Translations under genes and position numbers: made by a program
Shown: one piece after another, positions 24,252-35,098 of the stretch
Numbering within the stretch: the first letter of the stretch is position 1
Layout of the letters: each line of letters begins with the position of its first letter
Assembly: GCA_002104905.1 (NCBI GenBank)
Contig: MCFE01000211.1
Location: 1-64,000, forward strand
Length of the DNA stretch: 64,000 nucleotides
Origin: Basidiobolus meristosporus CBS 931.73
Taxonomy: Eukaryota > Fungi > Basidiobolomycota
Reading direction: 5' to 3'
The notes under the pieces: model-generated
What the model was told of the DNA's origin: nothing
Database searches by the model: none
What the model saw: only the letters and a program-made list of their open reading frames with translations

Positions 24252-25458
24252 CTAGGCGGAAATGAATAACAAGTGGATCAGGATATCGGGCAAGCAAACC
24301 ACTGCATCTACCTTGATACCAAGTATGTTCGCGTGTGCTTTGATTGTCTCGCAGTACTCTCTACGTCTACCCTCAACATCTTTGCCAAGGCTCACATTGT
24401 CAATCACTCCGCCGATGAGTCCTTTATGGCCATTGTCACCTCCATGCACGTTGAGATCGACCTTGATGAGGTTGCCAAGACACACTACTGCATCAGCATC
24501 AATCCCCAGCAGTTGACGAACCTTGACTGCAATGCCCTCACATCGGCCAGCCTCAGATCCAGTCCAGTCACTGATCTGGCCCGTATTGTCACCGGAAGTA
24601 TTCGACCCATCAGGAATGCTAGGTGAGCCGCGGGTTAGGTCTTCGGACACTCCAGCTGGACTTCCTTGTCCATCTGATCCTTTTGACCCATTGATCAGCT
24701 TGTTCCCCGGTAGTCCACCAGCAATATTCTTGACTGTATCCCCGACCTTGTCACTTGCAGGCCCACTTGGTAATCCATCGTGAGGTCTGGATGTGCCACC
24801 AGCACCCAATCCAATGCAGATGTCCGCATTGATGCCGAGGAGGTCGACCTTTCCATCCACAAGGTTTCCATGACATCTATCATTGCCCAATAGATTTGTC
24901 TCATCTCCTGATGGCTGACCACCTGGCTTGGATGTGTCGTTGTTTGACGGTGTACCACCGGCATCATCACCAATGGAGTGACTGCCACCCTCATTGTCGT
25001 TGGTCAGGTCACCATCACCACCAGCTGGTGATCCAGTGCGTGGTAGTTGCTCTGAATGGTCAGTCTTGCTGTCATCCCTCCGGCCTCCGCCCTTCATATC
25101 ATCACCATCATCTCTTATCCCTCCATTCCTATCTTCAATGTACTCCCAGTCCTCGTCGCCATTGTCTGGCTCATGTCTGTATCTATCGTCAGAGTGCTCA
25201 CGTTGATACTCACCTCGGCGATATGATTCGTACTCGAGATCGATCATCAAACCTGTCACTGTGGCGGTAGTGTCTCTCATCCCTGTAGTCAACATCCCGA
25301 TATCTTCCTTCCTGACGGTCATAATCCCCCCAGTTATTTCTTGGTCCGTAGCGGTCATTTTGATTTGCAGGTGAATAATTTCTCTCAGCGACACTAGCTC
25401 CTGATATTACCGAAGCAGCTGAGAGAATGAATAGCAACCGGTATGAGGTGAAATGCAT
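24252..25458 (-). pseudogene. Array copy 7, frameshifted and missing its native stop
   Basis: ATG at 25458. Extra A at 25243 (tcgAtcatcaa vs tcgtcatcaa in copy 6) shifts the frame after ..DRFDD. A 10-bp deletion (cccaggtatt) relative to copies 2 and 8 removes the TAA, so the C-terminal frame ends IHLLFISA. Confidence 0.8.
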
Positions 25459-26103
25459 CTCTAAGTATAAGCTAGGTTCTAACTGTAATTGCACTCTGGA
25501 ATTGATGTTTCTTTGGCGGACAAGATCCTATCTATTTGGAGCAGAGAGAGTTTTGATGAGTTCTACTGATTCGATCATGAATCTTTCCATTTTATAATGA
25601 ACTTTCAGCTGCGCATAAACGCTAGATCAGGCCGGAGAAAATTCTTGTAAATGACAATAGATATTATATTAAGTCTCCTATATCTTATCGTGCTATCCTA
25701 ACAGGTTACCTTTTCATTGTGGTTCCACGCTCCGCCCATAATTCAGCATAAGTATACACATTCCAACCAAAAATGGGAAATACAAATCAATGAGAAATCA
25801 CCGCTAAGTAGTTGTTGCCTCATCTGTGTAAATATACACGTAAAAGTGTTTGGACTACCCATTCAATCATTCATGATAGTGTCTTGCATCGCTTTTTGTA
25901 TTATTAACATACCTTGGATAATTCGGTGAGTGGACTTCCACGAGACAACACAATATAGTGAGTAACCAGCTCATAAATCACAAAATAGTGGATAAACTTA
26001 TAAGTTGGTCAGTAGTTTATTTGATGCTTATCATTTAGAATGTTGGGTATACATTTCGGAAGTGGGGATACAATAACTCTAGGCGGAAATGAATACCCAG
26101 GTA

Positions 26104-27294
26104 TTACAAGTGGATCAGGATATCGGGCAAGCAAACCACTGCATCTACCTTGATGCCAAGTATGCTCGCATGTGCTTTGATTGTCTCGCAATACTCTCTA
26201 CGTCTACCCTCAACATCTTTGCCAAGGCTCACATTGTCAATCACTCCGCCGATGAGTCCTTTAGGGCCATTGTCACCTCCACGCACGTTGAGATCAACCT
26301 TGATGAGATTGCCAAGACACACTACTGCATCAGCATCAATCCCCAGCAGTTGACGAACCTTGACTGCAATGCCCTCACATCGGCCAGCCTCAGATCCAGT
26401 CCAGTCACTGACCTGGCCCGTATTGTCACCGGAAGTATTCGACCCATCAGGAATGCTAGGTGAGCCGCGGGTTAGGTCTTCGGTCACTCCAGCTGGACTT
26501 CCTTGTCCATCCGATCCTTTTGACCCATTGATCGACTTGCCCCCTGGTAGTCCTTCAGCAATATTCTTGACTGTATCCCCGACCTTGTCACTTGCAGGCC
26601 CACTTGGTAATCCATCGTGAGGTCTGGATGTGCCACCAGCACCCAATCCAATGCAGATGTCCGCATTGATGCCGAGGAGGTCGACTTTTCCATCCACAAG
26701 GTTTCCATGACATCTATCATTGCTCGATAGATTTGTCTCATCTCCTGATGGCTGACCACCTGGCTTAGAGGTGTCGTTTTTTGCTGGTGTGCCACTGGCA
26801 TCACCATCAGTGGAGTGACTGCCACCCTCATTGTCGTTGGTCAGGTCACCATCACCACCAGCTGGCGATCCAGTATGTGGAAGTTGCTCTGAATGGTCAG
26901 TCTTGCTGTCATCCCTCCGGCCCTCGCCATTCATATCATCACTATCATCTCTTATCCCTCCATACTTGTCATCAGTGTACTCCCAGTCTTCGTCACCATT
27001 GCCTGGCCCATATCTGTACCTACCCCCGTAGTGTTCGCGTTGATACTCACCTCGGCGATGTGAGTCGTACTCGAGATCGTCATCCAACCTGTCACTGTGG
27101 CGGTAGTCTCTCTCATCCCTGTAGTCAACATCCCGATATCTTTCTCCCTGGCGGTCATAATCACTCCAGTCATTTCTTGGTCCATGTCTATTACCCTCAT
27201 AGGCGGGGAAGTAATCTCTCTCAGCAACACTAGCGCCTGATATAACAGAGGCTGCGGAAATCAGAAATAACAACTTGAATGAAGTGAGATGCAT
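26104..27294 (-). CDS. Secreted Cys-motif repeat protein, array copy 8 (396 aa from MHLTSF)
   Basis: Paralogue. ATG 27294 aligns with the other copies; the upstream in-frame ATG at 27354 is probably not used. Confidence 0.88.
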   Translation of the reverse strand: MHLTSFKLLFLISAASVISGASVAERDYFPAYEGNRHGPRNDWSDYDRQGERYRDVDYRDERDYRHSDRLDDDLEYDSHRRGEYQREHYGGRYRYGPGNGDEDWEYTDDKYGGIRDDSDDMNGEGRRDDSKTDHSEQLPHTGSPAGGDGDLTNDNEGGSHSTDGDASGTPAKNDTSKPGGQPSGDETNLSSNDRCHGNLVDGKVDLLGINADICIGLGAGGTSRPHDGLPSGPASDKVGDTVKNIAEGLPGGKSINGSKGSDGQGSPAGVTEDLTRGSPSIPDGSNTSGDNTGQVSDWTGSEAGRCEGIAVKVRQLLGIDADAVVCLGNLIKVDLNVRGGDNGPKGLIGGVIDNVSLGKDVEGRRREYCETIKAHASILGIKVDAVVCLPDILIHL

Positions 27295-27868
27295 TGAGAA
27301 ATAATCTTGTTGGCAATTCTTTGGAATGTAGCTGGTATAAAACACTTTGTCCAAGGACTGATGATATTGACATATGGTATTGAAGTAGCCATTTTATATT
27401 TCTTCATGAGCGCCGCCCAGGAGATTTCCAAGCACTGATGCTTCCCATACAAATTTTTCCAGGTGGAAAATACTGCAAGGGTATTGTTCATAGATAACTT
27501 GGCACGTGTAAATACAGTAAAGTCGCTATAATGAACCGTTTTTTACACTCATTCCAGCATTATCACAATATTTCCGAACACTGTGAAGCGGATTGTATTT
27601 TATGTCACCTACTATTATACGGCTTGTTGATTGCCTTTACTACAATGAAATGAGTAAACAATAGAATTGCGCCGTAGGAAACAGAATTCTAAATTTTCCC
27701 CACTTTTATTAGATGGCGTTAATCTCTAAGCCACTTGGTAGGAATAAAGTGGGATTTCTGGCTGATGGCATAGCTATTTTGAAATCGTATCCAAGCCATG
27801 TGGTCTGAGCTCAGCTGTATGAATGTATCATCAAAGTATTGCTGTGAATCCGGCATGTACTACTCAGT

Positions 27869-29571
27869 TCAGACAAATAGGTTATCGACATAGCGAACCA
27901 GTTCCCTAGTTAAGCTTACATGCCCGTCGGGATTTTCCGCAATATGGACTGTTCTCAAACGACGGCACTTCTCAAGGAAGTCCTTGACCTCATTGTCGGA
28001 TATGCACTGGTTTTCCGTGAAACTGAGCACTTCCAAACTCTCGGTCGAGGTTTTGGCCAGCATCTGGAACAGCATGTTGTTAATAGGCAATCCGTCTACT
28101 TTTAACTCCCGCAGTCTCCCTCCTTGTCTTCTCAAAAACACGCCAGCAAACACCATAGGATCCAAGTATGGAGAGCCATAAATCAAAGAAAGATCAAGAA
28201 CCTCCAACGCCTTGCAAAAAGTCAAGACTGAGTTGATTCCGTATTCATTGATCTCGGTTTGGCTGAGGTTGAGAATTCGCAGGTCTTTGCCGATCCTCTT
28301 CACCAGTTGCGTGACCGATGCTGTGTCCAAGGTGGTGTTGTGTGCAGAGAATTCAACTAGCTGGGTACAGCAAGCCCCTATCAGGTCCCCCAAGCCATCT
28401 GGTAACATCCCGTCTTCAATATGTAGATGAGTCAGCTGGCCTCCGAAATTCTTCAAAGCCACTTCCCAGAACTCAATAGGTGGTGGGTCGTAGTTCGCTA
28501 ATCTGCGGAATGTGACCTTGCGCAGTGCAGGGAGTTCTTTTAACTCTGCAGTGACAAACTCTTTGCGAAGGTCTATTCCTGATATCAGTAGATCCTGCAA
28601 TTGATCCGACTGAGTATTTAATATATCAATCACTTGCCCCGGGCTTAATACGCAGCTCTTGTCCAACTCCAAATGGAATTTTTGGAATTTAAACGATTCT
28701 CTCTGTTTGAAGAACTCCACGAGAAGCTCGGGTGAATCAGCGATCTTTCCAAGCTCCAAGTATTTCACCGAATCCGGCAGAGTATATTGTAGCGATGGGA
28801 TGAAAGCTATCTTGGTTGCTGACTTTACAGTTATACTCTCCGCATTGGGCACACGCTTAATGAACGAGCAAATCACTTCCTCAGGAATACACTCGCCAAC
28901 CAGGCTGAAATCTCTAAGCTTATCTAGGTTGGGTAAATTTTCTAGCAAGTGCAAGCTACTCAAATCAACATCCTCGGCTTCTATCACAACACCCAAGGAT
29001 TCAATCGTCTTAGCAGAGTTTAGTAGCTGGACGAGCTTCAAGATATGCTCGCTTCCGAGCTGCACCTTTAGGTACCGAAATTCTTTGATGTTGGCCAGAT
29101 TATTTGCAATTCCGTCCTGTATGATGGTATCTATGGGTACGCTCATATCGGCGGAGGTTCGGAAGGAAATAAGGGAATCCAGGTATACAAGTGATTCGGA
29201 TAGCTCGGCTACCACACAACTCTTATATTCGGTCAAATCCAGAGCTGTTACAAGTGAAGCAACTATCAGGAGCGACGGCAAAGAGGGAATGGTTTAAGGC
29301 AAGTTTCTCTGTTTAGGAGGATATCCGCTAGAAAGAAACTACATAGGATGGTCTTACGTTCTTTGTTCTCCTCTATTATGCTCCTAAACTGCTCACATTC
29401 GCGTCTCGTAGTGAATCTTGGGGCGTTCCATAATAGTGGCTTAGCAAGCTCATACCATTTCCTATTTACAAGCAAACAGCTATGTAACGTCGGTAAATGT
29501 GCTTTCTCCAGATATTTGAAGAGCAGTGTCAAAGTGGTATCGTTCAGGTGTGTGTCTTCGTATTGTGGCAT
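27869..29571 (-). CDS. F-box-like / RNI-type leucine-rich repeat protein, 2 exons
   Basis: LFKYL..LHSCLLVNRKWYELAKPLLW F-box-like motif. Intron 29263-29357 gives EENKELASLVTALDL. C-terminal LRRs (LRILNLSQTEI, LEVLDLS, LRELKV). Confidence 0.85.
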
Positions 29572-29837
29572 GGTATCGTATGTTCTAAAGCGCTACTTTC
29601 CGAGTAATTGTGTTGAATGACGTCTCATCGATTTAAAATTTTTCCGAATCAATTTGATTTGCCTTTAATATCCTAACCCTGAACTGAAGAAGGGCCTGAG
29701 CAAGAACAACCTAGACCCAGCATCAAGCATGAAGAATACATAGAATACCATCAAAATCAGGATGTATCAGGGATTTATATATTTCTATTTCACAAAATCT
29801 ACTAGATAAATACATTTTCAACGTTGGTTATAAAGCT

Positions 29838-31608
29838 CTAGAAAAGAAATTTCTGTAGTGTGTTAAATATACGTGACACCGCCCCCGATTTTACTAGATA
29901 ATCGGAACCAGTCTCCAGCTTCTGCTCGAAGATCTCCCCGAGTTTCCTGTCAATCGAGGAGAGCGCGTCGTCGAGCTGACGGTCGGCGGTTTTATTGACA
30001 TGGCTTGGTGTATATTCGTATGTTTGCAAGCATGAGTTTAGACTTGGGTCCAAGTAGAACTTCTTCTCCCAAGGATAGCATGCAGGCAGTTGGTACGGAT
30101 CCTCTCCTGCGTTAGTATTTGTTAGGAAGGTGGGATGAGGTGAATAGGCAATCGCATTCCAATCGATGTTTCTAAATAGAGGCTGCTCTTTGATGGAGGT
30201 GATATTCAAACGTCTCTGGACATCAAAAATTAGCAAGTGCTCCAGGAAATCTATGAGCTCCGGCTCGAAGTAGGGTGGATATTTTTTTGGGATTTCATAT
30301 ACAGATTGATCCGACTTGGTCTCAATAAAGAAGGGAGCAAAGTCATCTCCTTGGGCCGCTACACTCTGAGGGTTGTTGGCAGCATACGCCTGCATATACA
30401 TCCAGTACACCGTGGCACCCACGCTGAACCAGTCAGCAGAGGTGCGTGGGTGTTGGTAATCATCCGTATACACCTCAGGGGCAGTGGCGACTTCGTTAAA
30501 CACTATGACATCGCTCCAAAGATCGCCATGAATCGGTTGAACCCCGCCATAATCAATTAGCTTGATATGATCACGGTGCACTCTGTCGGTGAACATCAGG
30601 TTATTGGGCTTTATATCACCATGGACGGCCCCGGTGATCGTATGGAAATCATCCACTGCCTGAACAAACTGGGCCACCAGCTTGCGAAGCTGACCGTTGG
30701 ATAGCCCGCGGAAAGCGTTCGTGCGACTGATGTCTTCTCCAGCTAGATACTCGTAAAACACGAACGGGATCCCATCGTCCTCTTGTCCATGGCACCACAT
30801 GCCGGCGATATACGGCGAGGTCTCTTTAGCAGCCAGCAGCGTGTACATAATCTCCATCTCCATATGATAACAATGCATCTCTTCTTTATCCGTTACATTG
30901 AAGCGCTTCTTGATGAATTCCTTGCCACTATCCCGGTGTCGCATCCTCTCGATAGCACGGCGGCAATATTTCTGCGTACATATGTTCTCAGTAACCGTCT
31001 CAAACTCCTCACTGATACATCCGGGAAGGAAGCGGCCAACATTCTAAGGCAGGTGAGGATGATTTAGTTGCGAGTTATGATCACACAAGCTTCTGATGCA
31101 CGGCAATTACCTCGTATATTTCATTCATGGTACCGTCCACATCGAGCGTATTGTCCGAATCTTCCGAGTCGTCCAGGCCGAATTCCTCCGGATGATCCTT
31201 GAGCTGCATAGCCAACTTTTGCTCCCAATCGGAACCCAGATTCCCGCCGGGATTCTTCTCCAGAATCTTGACCATCAGTCGCCTTTCCCGTGAACTCAAG
31301 TCATTCCACAGCTTGGTACTCTCTTCATCGAACTCCTCCAGTATCGACCGAGCACGGCGCGATTGCTGCTGTGGATTCAGGGACAGCGAGTTTGGTTGGA
31401 GTAGAAGCTGGTCAATCGGGTTGGAGTCGCCATATAGATGGGGAGGTTGACTGAGTGGGGAATCTGTCCAACCGAGGTTCACTTGAGAAAACAGTGGGTC
31501 CTGAAGTGGTTTATCAAGGCCCGGTATATCCACATCCAATAGATCGCCACTTCCGATCAAGCCAAGAAGAACGATCGCTTGGGAGAACACTGGGACCCAG
31601 CAAAGCAT
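29838..31608 (-). CDS. Ser/Thr protein kinase-like protein with N-terminal signal peptide (567 aa, 2 exons)
   Basis: Intron 31044-31110 (GTAATT..CTAAAT..TAG) joins ORF 31081-31608 in frame to ORF 29838-30944. Motifs: FIKK, EMEI, YEYLAGEDI, HGDIKPNN, DYG, TAPE, DWFSVG. Confidence 0.85.
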
Positions 31609-32439
31609 ATGTATATACGCTGTCTATGAGGAATGAAGGCGCTGGAAAGGTTGAGGTCTTGAGATATCAAATGTAATCAACAATAAGCCAAACTATCGTT
31701 TCTTTGGGTGAACCTGATTGCCGGTCACCCGCGTCCTACCGCCGACTTAAATAGGCGCGGTGCTCATGCACGGTTTTGCTCAACGGTTTTCATCCGAACA
31801 CTAGTCGTTTCGAACATCCGAGGCCTAAGTCCCGGTTTTAGTTGGCTTCTGTTTACATGTTCTACGGATCCGGTATCCAAATGGACTGTTTTCGGCGATT
31901 TTCTTTTTATATGGCGAAACTAGGATCTACTCAATCGATCCAACGGTTTCACTACGCTAGTGTTGTTGAGTGAGTTCGAGCGCAAGTGTGGGTGTGAGAC
32001 AAGTGCGAGTGCGGGTCGAGGGTAGATGTGAGTGCGAGTGTGAGTGTGTTGATGTGTATGCCAGCACGTATGCATGCCAGTTTGATATTCCTCGGAAAAT
32101 AGATGGATGATGAAATGAACACCAACGAACGCAAGATCGGCCCAAAGAAATTTGGCCAGAACCGACCACTGGCAACCCAACCACTGAATGACCATTAGGG
32201 TGACAAACATCGCACAACTTGCCGCCATAAATTTCGAACAAGGATTTTATATATGGGGTTGGCACAGATCAGACAAACATGGTTTCCTAATAAAAGCTCA
32301 CTTGGTGACGGATTGGGTGAAAGGATGGACTTCCAACAGCATGCCAGCGTCGAAATAGAAGAATTAGATGAAGTGTGATCAGGTATACATGCTATTAACT
32401 CCGGTGTTAAAGTAGGAAGACAACACTGGGCGGCACTTG

Positions 32440-33063
32440 TTACAAGTACTTCCTGGTGCTTTCAAGAGTGGAGCGCAACTCCTTGTTATCAGGCTCAAAC
32501 ATGACCGCGTACTCGAAGGCCTCAACGGCCTCGGGATATCTCTCCAGGCCAACCAGAGCCTTACCCTTACGGAAATGGCCCTTGGCCCAATTTCTACGAA
32601 GCTGGGTGACTGCCTCTGTGTCGTAATACGCCTCGAGGTACTTCTTCATCTCCAAGTAGCAAGCGGCGCGGTTGCAGAGTAACACGGTGGATTCCTCAAG
32701 CAGCAACTGTGAGGCATCCCACACTGGACGAAGGTTGCTGAACTCAATGGCCTGAGTGTAACATTTGACTGCATCCTCGTATCTCTTGTTCTTATAACAC
32801 TCGTTGCCTTGAGTCTTCAACTGATTGATGGCCTCACCCTGTTGTGGGTTAGGTGGAGGGATTTCTCCACGGTTAAGTTGCATAATCTTGCAGATATGGT
32901 TCAGGTCGTGGAAATCAACCCCGCATGGCTCACAAACATCAAGATTGTGCGCCTTACAATAACTCATACCTTCCTTGGTGGTTACTTGGGAAAGGTCGAA
33001 GCCTTGAACCTTCTTACTGTGTAAGAGATCTTCGTTGCTCATCAGATAGCTTGGTACAGACAT
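32440..33063 (-). CDS. SEC72: TPR protein, Sec72-like subunit of the ER Sec63 complex
   Basis: PPPNPQQGEAINQLKTQGNECYKNKRY, RPVWD..LLEESTVLLCNRAACY, WAKGHFRKGKAL; ATG preceded by TATAT box. Confidence 0.72.
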   Translation of the reverse strand: MSVPSYLMSNEDLLHSKKVQGFDLSQVTTKEGMSYCKAHNLDVCEPCGVDFHDLNHICKIMQLNRGEIPPPNPQQGEAINQLKTQGNECYKNKRYEDAVKCYTQAIEFSNLRPVWDASQLLLEESTVLLCNRAACYLEMKKYLEAYYDTEAVTQLRRNWAKGHFRKGKALVGLERYPEAVEAFEYAVMFEPDNKELRSTLESTRKYL

Positions 33064-33490
33064 CTCGTCGGAGGATATATAAAAGGAGTGTGCGTAAGAT
33101 TAGGGATAGTTGAAAGAGTGTAAGTGGAGGAAGCAAAGGTAAAGATAGGAGTCTCAAGGATGGTTTAACTATGCTAGCCGACTCCCTTTTGTTAAGGGAA
33201 TTTTTGGGCTCGTGTCATCTGCATTGTTGCCATCTAACATGGAACATAGTATCTGGTTGTTGCAACGTTGACGATCGCTTCAAGTGCGTGGAATTCCCAT
33301 GTTGCAAATCCCTTCCCAATGATTTATCAGGCTGCTAGATTTTTAGCCAAACATAGATGGCCAAGACACGACCAAGCATATCCCAATTGCTGGAAAATTT
33401 GGCCAATCAGCGAGGGTCAAGTGGCATGAAGTGTTGTGATTAAGCAGATTGGCCAAGGTGGGCCATGTTTACCGATATAAAGCAGATTTG

Positions 33491-33536
33491 GGTAGCCAAG
33501 GTACACTCTGTTAGGTAGCCAAGGTAGACTCTGTTT
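33491..33536. repeat. 23-bp tandem duplication within a GCCAAG-rich degenerate repeat region
   Basis: ggtagccaaggtacactctgtta / ggtagccaaggtagactctgttt. Confidence 0.8.
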
Positions 33537-33651
33537 ATTGATGCAAACCAGATCTGTGCACATGGGCCAAGGTAGCTTATGTTTATTGATGTTGGGATGT
33601 CAGATGGGTGATTACTCTATGTGGGGAGTGGTGGAGAGAACACCGATGAAA

Positions 33652-34356
33652 CTAGCGGAGTACAGTATTAAATCCGAAATAGCTGGGTTCAGCAACAACG
33701 AAAATAAGCATGGAAATCGCCGAAAACATGATGAATAGCAGGCACATGGTTCGGTTCCGACCACGCCAGATATAGTCCTCCCCGGTGATTTTGCTCTGAG
33801 AGGGAAGGTAGATTGACCCGTAAACCCAGGCAGGAAATAATAAGAATCCAACGAAGAAGAGGATCTTGGCAACGGGGCAGGCTGTGATATGTGAAGTGAT
33901 TGGGCTCTGGCGACGTTTTTCTAGCTTGAGCGATTTCGAGTTGGGCAGAAAGGTGGCCAGATCTAAGGAAGTGATTGAATCGAACTTGATTGAATAAAGT
34001 GCCATGTAGGGATCAAAGTTTTCTTTGGCATTGTCGTCTCGGCTGCACAGCGTTTTTTCATCGAACTCACCAAGCCTTCTCAACCCTAGGAAACTAGATC
34101 GAATCGAATCCTTACGCCGCGAGCTTATTGGCCTGCCATCATGCTGCTCTTCTTGCTCACCCAGCGGGGAATTTACCGTGGAGGAGCTGGTAGAATATCT
34201 ACTGCAACCATTCTCATTGGAAGACTCTAGATCATCACAAATTTGGACTCCATCCTCCCATCGACTACAGATGGGCAGGCCTGCTGGAGTCCCCTTGATA
34301 TTAGTGTATGACTTAGCTGAATACCCCGAATCGATGGAATTCCGTGTATCAATCAT
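33652..34356 (-). CDS. Uncharacterised protein with Ser-rich N-terminus and two C-terminal TM helices
   Basis: Intronless ORF, first ATG at 34356; LFFVGFLLFPAWVYG and WRGRNRTMCLLFIMFSAISMLIFVV hydrophobic segments. Confidence 0.75.
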   Translation of the reverse strand: MIDTRNSIDSGYSAKSYTNIKGTPAGLPICSRWEDGVQICDDLESSNENGCSRYSTSSSTVNSPLGEQEEQHDGRPISSRRKDSIRSSFLGLRRLGEFDEKTLCSRDDNAKENFDPYMALYSIKFDSITSLDLATFLPNSKSLKLEKRRQSPITSHITACPVAKILFFVGFLLFPAWVYGSIYLPSQSKITGEDYIWRGRNRTMCLLFIMFSAISMLIFVVAEPSYFGFNTVLR

Positions 34357-35098
34357 CGCTACCAGGCTTAATACCAGCAGAGTAGATATTAAACCCAACT
34401 GAGTCTAACCAAAGCCCACTGGATGCAATATCAATGTTTCGAGAGACTCTTCTTGAGCAGAACAATCCACCAGGAGTCCGCTTCGTGAATAAAGGAGTAT
34501 TTAGGCAAGGATGGCAGAGGAACTTGAATGTCTTCAGTACTGGCACTCCGGTCACCGGAAGGCATAAATCAATCGAATGTGCGAAACTCAGTCGTTAAAG
34601 TGTTGTAAGCCCGCTTTATATTCGATTTGTGCAAGTCCCTCGTCATCTGCATTACCTGCTTCAACTGTCAATAGTCTAGGTCAAGATTCCAGAATTTGTT
34701 TGGTGCAGCTGCAATGCTGTAATGATATCAACCATGTGCGCTAATTTTACATAAGCTGAGCTAGTTACTGCTGTTTGACCTTTGTTGATGTCAACTCACA
34801 CTCTTCTGGAAATTGGGGCCAATCTCCTTTCCGTTACCTTGAACACCCAGCAATGAAATTCCCCACTTTTATTCTTTTGTTACATATCTACAACACCTTC
34901 CCAGTCAACCACATCAATTAATATAGAACGATTATAAAGAGTACTATTGTACAAATATGTGGACATCGTGGGGCGAGTCCTCCCAAAAAAGTGTAACAGC
35001 GATCTACACTAGATTCGCAGTAATGGACCACCTCTCTCGCGGTAAGGGCCTGCGAGGTGCTTAAGATGCTTGCCACCTTTTCTGCGTCTCGGACTGGC

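Larger units (their letters stand above)
13053..27294 (-). repeat. Head-to-tail tandem gene array, 8 units, period ~1.82-1.97 kb
   Basis: ATGs at 14246, 16216, 18044, 19952, 21803, 23618, 25458, 27294; flanks partly conserved. Confidence 0.95.

Noticed and set aside
13059-26620. Repeated plus-strand ORFs (MDQDIGQANHC.., MMPSM.., MTAISSH..) and alternative-frame minus ORFs in the array
   Set aside because: Antisense or alternative-frame shadows of the secreted genes; they repeat only because the genes repeat and their starts and lengths vary
13053-27294. Array as a CRISPR locus or transposon repeat
   Set aside because: Units are whole eukaryotic genes with no short direct repeats or spacers, terminal repeats or transposase motifs
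28659-29297. 212-aa plus ORF and similar long antisense ORFs (35844-36500, 43446-43919)
   Set aside because: Shadows of well-supported genes on the opposite strand
31920-32265. His/Thr-rich ORFs of 102 aa
   Set aside because: Arise from CA-rich low-complexity DNA in several frames; no family recognised; likely leader or intergenic sequence
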